Below are positions 52,740-64,000 of a DNA stretch of 64,000 nucleotides, in pieces (the stretch's first letter is position 1; each line of letters opens with the position of its first letter). The stretch comes from Chiloscyllium plagiosum (Eukaryota), in the NCBI RefSeq assembly GCF_004010195.1, contig NC_057720.1, forward strand, positions 22,713,206-22,777,205, written 5' to 3'. The translations under genes were made by a program, and so were the position numbers. A model generated the notes under the pieces. That model ran no database searches. It was not told the origin of the DNA and worked only from the letters and a program-made list of their open reading frames with translations.

Positions 52740-55470
52740 AGGATGAGGGAGCTGTATGACTTGGAAATCATGACACGTTTATTAAGTTTCTGTCTTTTAG
52801 AAAGGCAACAAGCAGGTTAGATAAAGTGGAACCAGTAGATATAATAGATTTGGATTTCCAAAAGGTGCTCGATGCAGTACCGCACAGAATGTAAGAGTCT
52901 ATGGTGTTAAATATGAGTATGCAGAGAGGATTGGTTCACCAATGGAAGACTCAGAACTTAGATAAGGAGGCATTTACAGAATCATACCCTGTAAACAGAG
53001 TACCACAAGTATCATAGCTGGGCCAATAAGTATTTATTACTGACTTCAATGAGGGAAGTGAATGTGCTAAAACCACAAAGTGGTGAGTATGAAACAGCGA
53101 CTCTGCAGAGGGATGTTGACAGATTAAGTGGGTGGGCAAAACCACTGCAGCAAGTAGGAGAAACAACAGGAGGCCATGATTGGCAACCTTAACTCTCTCA
53201 TGGTATTAACTTTAACTCAGGTGACAAACAAGGGCACAAAAGTGGCTCGGTGAAGTACAAGGTGGAAATGTAAGATTGTTTGTAAGACCAAGAGATACAG
53301 GAACAGAAGCAGATCATTTGGCCCATTGTATCTATTCTGCCAATGATTCATGACTGATCTGATAATCCTCAACTTCTTCCTGCAAACCTTAGCAAGACTT
53401 CCATCTTTTTATACTGCATTCCCTTTGGAATAAAAACCAACATCAACTTGCCTTGTAGGAGCAAATTACTGTAGATACTGGAATCTGAACTAAAACTAAA
53501 ACTAAAATGCTGGAGACCACAACAGGGGGAAAACAAGCTAACGTTTGGAATCTTCATGAATGCTACCTAACCTGCTGTGAACTCCAGCATTTTTAGTGTT
53601 TTCCTTCCACTTGCCTTCACTATTTAATTTGATTGTAGTATTTCTGTGATTTATCCAGAAGCCTGTCAAACCTTTCTGTGCTACAGCTTTCTGCAGTCTT
53701 TCTTCATTTGAATAATATTCAGCTTCTCTAATCTTCCTGTTAAAGTGTATCACCTCATATTTTGTAACAATATATTCCATTTGCCAAGGTTTTGCCCACT
53801 CACTTAATCTGTCTATATCCCTCTGTAGAATTGCTGTGTCATACTCACCACTTTGTGGTTTTAGTACATTCACTTCTCTCATTGAAGTCAGTAATATATA
53901 GTAAATACTTGTTGGCCCAGCTATGATACTTGTGGTACTCTGTTTAAAGGGTATGCTCCTGTAAATGCCTCCTTATCTAAGTTCTGAGTCTTCCATTCGT
54001 GAACCAGTCCTCTCTGCATGCTCATATTTAACACCATAGACTCTTACATTCTGTGCGGTACTGCATCGAGCACCTTTTGGAAATCTAAATCTATTATAGC
54101 TACTGGTTCCGCTTTATCTAACCTGCTTGTTGCCTTTCCAAAAGACAGAAACTTAATAAATGTGTCATGATTTCCAAGTCATGAAGCTATGCTGACTCTA
54201 AGCATGGTTATAATCGTATTTCAAAATGCCCATCTGTTATAACCACTTAAAATAGACAGTGACATTTTCCCAAGGAGAGATGTTACGTAACAGACCAATG
54301 GTAACTTACTTTTAGTCTCCCTCCTTTTTTGAATAAGGGTGTCACATTGTCAGTTTTCCAATACACTGGAACTCTTCCAGAATCCAAGGATTCCTGTAAG
54401 ATTATGACTAGTCCATTCATTGTCTCTGTAGTTACTTCCTTTATATTCTAGAATGTAACCAGTCAAGCCAGGGGACTAATCAGTCTTTAGCTCCATTAGT
54501 TTTCCTAATACTTTTTCTCTCGTGATTGTTATTGCATTCATTTCCTCCACAAACTTTGCCTCTTGATTTAGTATTTTTGGAATGTTACTTATGTACTCTA
54601 CCATGGAAACTAATGCAAAGTATCATTTAACTCCTCTGTCATTTCCTTTTTCTCCATTATTATTTCCCCAGCCTCATTTTCTAGGGAGCCGATGCTTGCT
54701 TTTGCCTGTCTTCATTTTTATATATTTAAAGAAGTTCACTTTTACAGGAAGAACTGAAAAGCAGAAGTGTTCAAATGGAAGGACAGTGCAGAATTCTGTG
54801 GTACAGAGGCTTTAAGGTGTCTTTGTACATGCATCACAAAGACGTTACATGTAGGTATAGCAAGTGGTTGGGAAGGCTAATGGAATATTAGCCTTTATTG
54901 CAGGTAGCATGAATTTTTAATGTAGGAAAGCTTTGATACAATAGTATTGGACATTTGTGAGACCTACATTAAGAGCATTATGTAAAATTTTGATCTTTTA
55001 TTTAAGAAGGGATATATTTGCAAAGGAAGCAATTCAGAGAACTAGGCTGATTCTTAAGAATGAAGGGATCAAAGAACAAATAAAGGTCGAATGAATTGGA
55101 CATATATTACTCGGAGTTTAGAAGAAACGGAAGTGATCTTACTGAAATGCTTAAGATCCTGAGGGGCCTAGTACTGAGAGGATATTTTCCCTCATAAAAG
55201 AATCCAGAACTAGGGATATAGTTTCAACATAAAGTATCTCCCATCGGTGAAAATGAGGAGAAATGTTTTTTCTTAGAATGCTGTAAGTGGAATGGAAGAG
55301 ACCAGTGGAGATTGGATTATTAAATATATTTTAAGTGGACTTAGACAAATTCTTGATCAAGGTTTGTGGGGTCAGGGGAGGGGGTGGTAGTAGAATACAG
55401 ATGGGATTATGGACTCAGTCAGATTGGCAACAAATTTAGCCAAATAGCCTAACACTGCAGCTTTTCTTTA
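52740..55470. mobile_element. Cluster of old CR1 fragments in alternating orientation
   Basis: LQRDIDRLSEWAKPWQMEY; DLDFQKVLD; plus-strand 3' part from about 54745. Confidence 0.85.
52756..54182. repeat. About 390-bp inverted duplication (52756-53143 vs 53788-54182)
   Basis: Arms about 90% identical by eye, sharing idiosyncratic decay. Confidence 0.92.
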
Positions 55471-55959
55471 TGCTTTGTCCTTATATTTTGTCAGGTTCCA
55501 CCCTTTTGCTCCCTTTAGAGCCAACAACCGAATGAGTGTAAGACTACTGTTGTTGCGAAGGTACAGGCCATCACTTCAGTGGCAATGGAGTGATACTAAA
55601 GTGATACTTAACACCCTTTTGTGTTAAGAATGTCAAAGGGTGGGCATCTGGCACTAGTGAGAAGTCTCACAGATCACTGCAGGGTGCACCAATGCCACAT
55701 GCTTCCCCTGAACTGCAAAGATAGCAGTTAGCATGACATTTGTTCAGGTGTAAGTGCCTGATTTTGTGGAGAGACTGACAGAGTTTAACTGTGTTCTCAC
55801 AAAAGAGGACACAAAGTGCCAAGATCCTATTTCTAGCCTAATGTCCATCAATGAGGAGGCTGTAGAGGCTGGCAGAGCAGAAAAGTAGCCATCATGGACA
55901 ATGACAAAAGGGAACCTCTGCATGAGATTGCTACTCCTTAGAACATATAGCCCATGATT

Positions 55960-56450
55960 AATATAGAGGATTGCAAAATGATTTCACCAGACTTGTTCTC
56001 AGGTTGGCAGGACTGTCCTATAAAGACAGATGAGAGAAAACAGGCTCAGTTTGCCCAGAGTTTTTAAAAATAAGAAATGATCTCATTGAAACCTACAAAA
56101 TATTTAAAAGGGACAGACAGGCTCAATGTAAGCAAGACATTTCTCCTGTTTTTGAAGTATTGGACCAGAGGCACAATTTAATAATAAGAAGAAGCCATTT
56201 AGAACTGAGATGAGGAAAAATACTTTTACTCAGAGGCTGGTGAATTTTTGGATTTCTCTATCATTCAGGATTAAGGAAGCTCAGTTTTGAGTACATTTAA
56301 AGTAGAGGTTGATAAATTCAGCGGCATAAAGAGTCATCAATGGGGATAATGTAGGTAAGATACATTGAAGTGGTTGATCAGCCATGATTGTATTAAATGG
56401 CAGAGCAGGCTCAATGGACTGAATGGCCTACTCCTGTTCCTATATTTCTA
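55960..56450 (+). mobile_element. CR1 3' fragment
   Basis: RNDLIETYKI, FRTEMRKKYFTQRLVNFW. Confidence 0.8.
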
Positions 56451-56609
56451 CGCTTGCATTTCATTTTCTGGGCACTTGTCATTAGGTCTAAACTCATTTG
56501 CTAGAATATGATGCATTCCCAACCAATATGACTCTGTTCCACAACTCAATTGTTTCAATTTCAATGGAACTTTACCTGTCACCCCCACCTATAGGATCAG
56601 TGAATATGA

Positions 56610-57210
56610 GCGAGATGGTTCAATTATAAGGAACTGAGGAGCAGAATAGTAATAGTAGAGGAACCTGAGCAGTTGTTCCCTGCTCAGTCTCAGCATAGTT
56701 TTTAGGCATTGCTTGTCTCTCATCTTTATTCTGCTGTGTTAGCCCTGGAAAGAAACCTACCTTCTCTTGAGCCAAAGTCCATTTCTTCAATAGCTTCTGA
56801 ACTTTAATGTCACTGCCACTTTCTATACAATAACATTCTGCGCTAGACTGCCTCTCTTCAAGTGAATAGTCTGCTTCTGCAGACTCAATTTTCTGCTCCG
56901 CTGGGAATTTCTCACTCAATACTGAGCGTGTTCCAATCTTGCTCTGCAGTCTGGTCCTTGCTGCTGAATGATTTCTGCTTTCTTTTTAAATCCTGTGCCG
57001 ATCTGCTCTAGGCTTCTGTAAAAGCTGTAATGGGCCGTGGTGCAGTCAACTGAGTTCCCACTGCTGATCCTGAATTTGATCATTCCTCATCTTCCTCCAA
57101 TTGTGCTTTTAGGTCAGCTCCCTTACCCATGAGTTTACCCATCTCCCTTAAGTGTCGACCTGGATTTGACTACTTTTTGCTTTTAAGTTTAGCTGTTACT
57201 GCTCCTATAA
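56610..57210 (-). mobile_element. Old L1/Tx1 ORF1 relic
   Basis: KIESAEADYSL (IERAHRL-like), KVGFFPGLTQQNKDER (FFPD-like). Confidence 0.45.
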
Positions 57211-58737
57211 CCTGATCTGGTATCTAGGATCTCCTGGTGTGCACTGCACTAATATGATACTAATAGTCACCTCTTAGATATCAACCTCTACTAGTTCATG
57301 GTCAACTCTTCACTCCTTCATTGCTCTCCATTTCCATGGAAATTTCATTATTGAAGTTGGAAAATATAAGAGAGAATTAAATATGAGTCATATTAAATTA
57401 GAAGTGGACATATGTACAGAGTACAACGAATATTGTGCAACCCACCCTGTAAGAAAATTGACATAGACTTGGAAGTTAGCCACAAAAGGACACTTGTGAT
57501 TCATTACATTTACAGCTGTCCATGTTATTTAGATGCACCAAAGTCTGAGTAAAGTCAATGGGAGCCTTGAACAGTGCAGTGCTCGCTACAGGGATCTAAG
57601 CCTATATAAATAGGGCAAGAAACAGCACTTCTCTTCAACTAACTGAAGATTACTGTTCAATGTAGTCTAAACCATGAAGTATAAATTAGAAAATTTCATT
57701 TAAATGTAAATTAATTGACGGAAAGCACAATAAAGAGGAAGAAATAAAAATGGTCTTAAGAAATAGTTAAACAAGAGGTAAAAAAAATTGTTTTGTTTAG
57801 AAAAACTCCAGCAATAAAAAAAATTATTAAACTGGTACAAGTGAATCTTTACTGTTAATCAGATTAGTTGGTAGTAATTAAGACTTGTCACACTATTAAA
57901 ATTTCATTTACATATTAATGGATAATCCTTAACTTTTTTTTGGTATAGTCAGAGGGCATTTATTGGGTAAATAAGTATCACATCTTTATGTCTCCATATT
58001 TACGAGTACTAAATCTCTCTGCAAGGTACCATTGTACTCACTGAGAAACCGGACAAAGTAAGACAACGGCTTCCGATTCTATGTTTGCATGCATGTGTGC
58101 AGACATAGCAATTTGCTGTCTGATTTACTCTTTGAGAAGTATGCATGGGTAGTCTCATTACTATTCCTGCCACAAAATCAAGGCCATTGCTGCAAATTCC
58201 TTAAATGCCTATTAAAAAACCCACAATTTTAAAAAAAGAACTTAGTGATCAATCAGCACTTGTTCACAACAGCCCTTTTAAACAAAAATAAATTGTGAAA
58301 AATAAATGTGACAGATTTAAATCCTTTGAAAACTAGAACTGAGCTCTTCTTTCAAAGCATAAATATAGTTTAACATACCTCCATGCTAAAGCACCTTGTC
58401 CTGAAATTGAGTCATAAATATTGTGCCAACTTCTCACATTAATGCCATAAATTAGAATTCATAATATTTACTTCACATCAACATCCTTAATGTCTTCCAT
58501 TTGTCAAGCAAACTGGGGAGATAAACTAGTGTTGTTCCATCAAATTAACCTGCAAGTGCATATCACTACTTAGCATATACATCATCACCAGCAGCTACAG
58601 TTTGTATTACTCTCAAAGTTACCACAACATGAAGACCACTTCAAGTTGCAATTATACTAGGTCAACTAGAGACTAATGCCTACAAGTAAAATGATGCAAA
58701 AATAGTTCCAAGCTAAGCAGTAGGCAGGCTTTCTGTA

Positions 58738-59020
58738 TGATTAGATTAGATTAGATTCCCTACAGTGTGGAAACAGGCCCTTCGGCCCAACAAGTCCACA
58801 CCGACCCTCTGAAGAGTAACCCACCCAGACCCATTTCCCTCTGACTAATGCATGGCCAATTCACCTGACCTGCACATCTTTGGACTGTGGGAGGAAACCG
58901 GAGCACCTGGAGGAAACTCACGCAGACACAGGGAGAATGTGCAAACTCCACGGACAGTTGCCCAAGGCTGGAACTGAACCCGGGGCCTTGGCACTGTGAG
59001 GCAGCAGTGCTAACCACTGA
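58738..59020 (-). mobile_element. HE1/V-SINE
   Basis: (GATTA)n tail, V-domain, head. Confidence 0.92.
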
Positions 59021-60646
59021 GTATGTCTCATCAACTACTCTGAGAAAGCTCTGGCCCTGTTTACATCTGCCTATTTTCAAATACAAAGATAGAAGGAAGC
59101 TTGAAATGCCAAATCTGTTTGCATTTAGGAGAAATAGGCTAAGCACATGAAGAAGCCTAAATTTAAACTTCAACTCATGAACAATTCAAACACTTATAAC
59201 CAAATAATGTGCCATTTTAAAAAATATAATGTATTTGCTAGACCATCTCGTAAAGTGAGCTAATTCAAAATAAACATCTCATAATTTTGCCAGTAAATAT
59301 TTTACAGATTCAATGTTTAATTTTGGATTTCAGTAGCAATGCAATAGTTGGAAGCTGCAGAGTAGCACATACTACATCTTTCATCTGTGTCATAGTCTGG
59401 GCAGTAATGTGGCAGCTGTACTGTTCAGCCTTTATAAAACCCACTACATCTTTGTATTTAGCAATACCAATGGATTGAAACTTAACAAACTTAGTCAGGT
59501 TCTAATAAAAAAAAGTGAGATCTCCCTCATTCACTACATTAGAAACCAGCTGAAGGAGATAGAAAATGTCCCAATTGCTGATTTTTCATCAGAGTATTGA
59601 AACAGAAACAGAGAGTGGATATAATACAACTGATGAATTGAGATTTCAGCCCATAGTACATATTTCAGCACACAAACTTTTAACACAGCCGATGTTTCCT
59701 TTCTTCTATTTGAACCCTTGCCCATACTGAAGATTTCCTTGAGCAGTTCAAACCATCTGGGCCTTCGGATTTGGAGAGCTGCCATTTAATTGATTCAAAT
59801 TCATTGCTCCATTCTTGGACTAAATGCTCAGCGAAGTTAAAAAGGCTGAAAGAACCTTGGACTGAGGAATAACAGAAAAAAATAAGGCCCAGAATATCCC
59901 TCCTGGGGAGGGACATCTCCCAGCTCCTTTAAGCCAATCCAGGAAAAACATGGTCCACAAGGGTGGATTTTTTTTCAGCATTTTCAGTCTGCCCTGCTGG
60001 AGGGGAGGTGGGGTGTGTTGGTGAGGTGACCACAATATGAGGTGGAGACTGTGGCGTGTGGAAGTGCAAGACCTGTCTCAGTGCGCTGGCATTGTGTTCA
60101 AGTTCAACTTTTCTTTTTTAAAAAGCACAAATATTAAACATCCCTCCAATCCTCAATACCACTCCACACATGCCCCACACTGGGGACATGTCAATTTAAG
60201 CCACCTAATTCACCCACCTACTTATGCCTCCAAGCCAGTTTATGTCCTGGAAAACAGCCCCATGTCACCCAAGCCAAGATATACTCTCAGACAACCCATA
60301 GCCCCCACACCATTGCCAATTATACCTAAAAAATATCAGGAGTGCTGGAGTTATATTTGTAAAGAACTACACTTGGGTCGTGCGATCTTGGACTTTTAGC
60401 CTGGGGAAGGTTTAGGTTTCAGCACTGAGAGGTCTAATATGAGACTAAAACTATTGCTCTCAGAGCAATACAAAACATTAAATGTAAACAAGCCATGCAT
60501 CTGTTTCAAGAAGGTAACAGACCTTGAGCTGAATCATTTCACTTGCCTTCACAATATATCCCTGAATGCACATACCCTTATAAATATTTAACATACAAAT
60601 ATATATATAAATGCAGCAACGTACAAACCATCTGAAAAGAACTCAC

Positions 60647-60688
60647 CAGAGTAGAGGCACTTGGAGACACCCCGGCAATGTGATAAGG
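60647..60688 (-). other. Candidate 42-nt microexon of an unidentified host gene
   Basis: tctgcatttttgcattcag acceptor, CTG/gtgagt donor, frame-preserving, open in all frames (phase 0 PYHIAGVSPSASTL). Confidence 0.3.
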
Positions 60689-61099
60689 CTGAATGCAAAA
60701 ATGCAGACTTGCTCATGAAAGCTACATTTGCAAAGGGAAAAGGAAAAGGAATTGAGACCTGTCCTTGGGACATTTCTAAGCATCTTTGCATCATGCTGTG
60801 GATTGGAATCCAAATACTATCTGCTGTCTTTCAGCTGTAACCTGATGTACGGTCTGGGAGCTCATCAAATAAGGAAAAAAATAAGCTCATGGAGCTTCAA
60901 ATGTAAGAGGGCAAAGGAAATCTATGTCTAGCAACATTGCTTTGCAAAACTGCTTATACTCTGCATCTTCCATTTAGAGGAAGTATCAGTCTGCCTGTAG
61001 GTGCTGAAAAACATGACATCAATCAATGTTTGCTGGTTGGAATGTCCAGTATTTAAATTTTGAGCACATTGTTTAGCCTCTTCCTTGAACACTCTTCCT

Positions 61100-61330
61100 T
61101 GTCTATGCCGACCAATGAACAGTAATCTATACTAATCCCATTTACCTGCACTTGGTCCATAGCCTACCATGACTTGGAATTTTAAGTGCTATCAGATGCT
61201 TTTAAATGTTGTGAGAGTGCCTGCCTCCACCATTCTCTCTCAGGCGTTGTGTTCCACATTTTTACCACCCTCAAAGTGGAAATATTTTTCCACCATTTTC
61301 CTGCCTAAGCCACTTATTCATTGCCTTAGT
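61100..61330 (-). mobile_element. CR1 3' fragment
   Basis: RVVKMWNTT..RMVEAGTLTTFK. Confidence 0.7.
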
Positions 61331-63134
61331 TGGCATTAATTTCTTTAAAGGAAAACTCATAAATCCAAACCCCATTGGCACAAGACTCAGTGGACTCAAA
61401 TTAGAAGATCCTGAACTTGAGGAATTGACTCCTGATTGGGACACAGGATGGAACCTTCCCAGTGCCTTGAGGTAAAGTCGGTGATGGCTGAGGAGAGGGT
61501 TGGGAGTGGGGTGTTGGAGATCGAGGAATACAGTGCGGAGCAAGTTCATGGATCGGCATCTCTGGGAAACATTTTCAGGGGCAGTCTGGGAACTGGCGTT
61601 GGCTGCCTGCATCTCAAACAAGGTAGTCAATTAGAGTATGTAAGGTCCTACTTCAGGGCATTATTGAGTTGAAGCTGGTATTTTCCAGCTGGTGGAGTTT
61701 ACCCCATCCACCATAACTGCATGTCACAGCGCTCCTTCTCCTGTTGTCCCCTCTTCACTAATGGCTCTCCAATTGAGCAACCAGCATTGGGAACCATTCA
61801 TAATAAGACAGAGAACAGGAAGGTAGCCAATTAAGAGGCCACCTCCTGGATAGTTGTTGAGAACGTAGTCAAAGTCAGAATCCCCTTATGGACCTAATAT
61901 TGGGATTGCACCACCCACCAGCCCACTGTCTTATTAAGCAACAATGAAAAAATAAAAATTTCTTAAAAATCACCAGAAATCTAAAAATGTGACTAATTCT
62001 AATTAATAATTCTGAAGCACAATTAGTAAATGATATGTTTTTAAGATATTGTGAAGTCATTTTAGTTGAATGATTTAGAACGTTAATTCTAAATTTGCAT
62101 TTTCACATTGCTGCACTGAAAAAATAATTTCTCAGTTTTCTTTTTTAATTAACCAAACCACCAACTGTTTCTGACTACACGACTAAGCTAAATGTGCCAA
62201 TTATCAATTAACACTCAAGCCTATGCTTGGCTGGTCACAATATTGTTGCAGCTGATATTGGGCTTTCTATATACAAGCGGATTATAATTTTCACCATGAG
62301 GAATCTATCTGCCAACTGCAAAAACACATGCTGTTAGAGTAGGCAGACGAATGACATTTCACTATACATCACAGGTGAGAATCATAAAGAAGGTTTATAA
62401 AGCTGTGCTCCATATACAGAGAATCACAATGTTTCATAGATCCTACACACTATCCAACCATTAGCTTTTCTACCCAAACTCATCTGTGATGTGACGAGCG
62501 TACAATCATTACCAAACTGCTTACCAACTGCCTCCAGCTACAGCCATTGTGCAACCAACCATGATTGATCACCAGGCAAAATGCCAAACCTATCACTGGT
62601 AAAGTGTCAAGATTGCTGACGGCTTGCCAACTCACTGCAGGTCTTCCACCTGCACACTGCCTCATAATTTAACCCCATCTGAATTAGAGGATTTGTGACT
62701 AGGGAGGAAGCTCCTCTTATAGTGACTGTACTAGTCACTTCTGAACCCTGGATGGTACAACCCAAACTAAATAATCCAAGCATCTGCACACTAATTCACC
62801 TCTAGAAAACTCAGAACAAGTAGCAAAACATCATGGAAATGTTAAATTTCATTCATGGATTCCATCCTAATTCATGGATTCCATCCTAATTCTGAGACTT
62901 TCTTAACAAAATTGTATTGCATTTCTTTGGTTGAAGAAGGGCTTTTATGACACTAGCAATGCCAATGTGCCACATATTTACTTAAAGTGAGCAGATTAGC
63001 AAGTTATTGTAGCAGCAACTAGATGTTGGTTATATTAGAAATAAAGTGAAATTGGACATGACCTGAAAACAGGCACAGGGCTTATGATGCCTACTTCTTA
63101 TTGATGATGCAGCTGATTGCAATGCGCCATCATT

Positions 63135-63575
63135 AAATGGCTTTGACCAGTGATGTGTCACAAGGATCAATGCTGGTTCCACTGCTTTTCGTCATTTACA
63201 TTAATGATTTGGATGTGAATATAGAAGGTATGGTTAGTAAGTTTGCAGGTGACATCAAAATGGCTGGTATCGTTTACAGTGGAGATGGTTATCTCACAGA
63301 GGACAACAGGACCTTGATCAGATAGGTCAATGGTGGTGGATGTGATTTAATTTTGATAAATGTAGTGTTTGAGTTATATGGAGAGGCTGAATAGACTCGG
63401 AGCATTGGAGGTTAAGGAGTGGCCTTATAGAGGTTTATAAAATCAATGAGAGCCATGGATAGACTAAGTAGCCAAGGTGGGGGAGTTCAAAACCAGAGGG
63501 CATAGGTTCAAGGTGAGGGGAGAAAGATTTAGAAGGAACCTAAGTGGCAAGTTTTCACGCAGAGATTGGTACCTA
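63135..63575 (+). mobile_element. CR1 RT fragment with internal deletions
   Basis: VSQGSMLVPLLFVIYINDLD, SKFAGDIK, TRGHRFKVRG. Confidence 0.88.
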
Positions 63576-64000
63576 CAAGATACAACAAAGAGAAGGCATC
63601 GTGGCAACATGATGTTTAATGAACGAAGTTAACTGTGGGATTATTATGAGAGTTACACTGGAGTGAAGTCTAGTATTACTTAGTTGGTGGTCATGGATGT
63701 CTTGGCACCCCTACAGGAATGGTTCCAGTTTTCTCCTGTTAGGTCAGGATTCTGTCTTCATTGTGATGAGGGGTCTAATGAGGGGTCCCTCCTACCATCT
63801 TAGATCCTTCTGCCCTGTTATGGGCCATTTTGTCCTGGAATTAGAGAAATTGGGGGATATTGAGTGAGCTGAAAGTGGTTGGCATGACTGTTAGTGTTGG
63901 TACAGATGGTCAAACGATGTCCTGAGTCCATGAGCCTTAGTAGGAGGTGGGTACAATAGCAAAGTTAAACTGTGAGATGGCAGACAGAAGAGGTGGAGTG

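Noticed and set aside
61271..61630. 119-aa minus-strand ORF
   Set aside because: At best a weak Tx1-like ORF2 tail relic; not supportable as a gene
26720..62892. Small tandem duplications (28 bp at 26720, 34 bp at 47935, 19 bp at 62852)
   Set aside because: Ordinary slippage events

Overview
Repeat-dominated vertebrate non-coding DNA (intron or intergenic). The HE1/V-SINEs with (TAATC)n tails and HER1/CR1 LINEs point to a shark; this is inferred from repeat content. No intact host gene is recognisable, and nearly every ORF in the track is a decayed transposon fragment or chance. Contents: two long minus-strand L1-clade elements, many CR1 fragments, a Rex1/Babar LINE, a Crack/L2-like LINE with a SINE sharing its tail, two solo LTRs, a young FLYWCH-bearing MULE derivative, Academ and Harbinger relics, a pogo/Tigger MITE and an 824-N gap. 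The most interesting system is a family of Penelope-like (PLE) 3' units carrying a minimal hammerhead ribozyme core (CUGANGA-helix II-GAAACGUH). These units insert with 11-16 bp TSDs, mostly as fold-back palindromes with fixed breakpoints, and one copy shows an internal deletion mirrored in both arms. A few weak minus-strand microexon candidates (best 60647-60688) hint at a host gene. Boundaries of old repeats are approximate.
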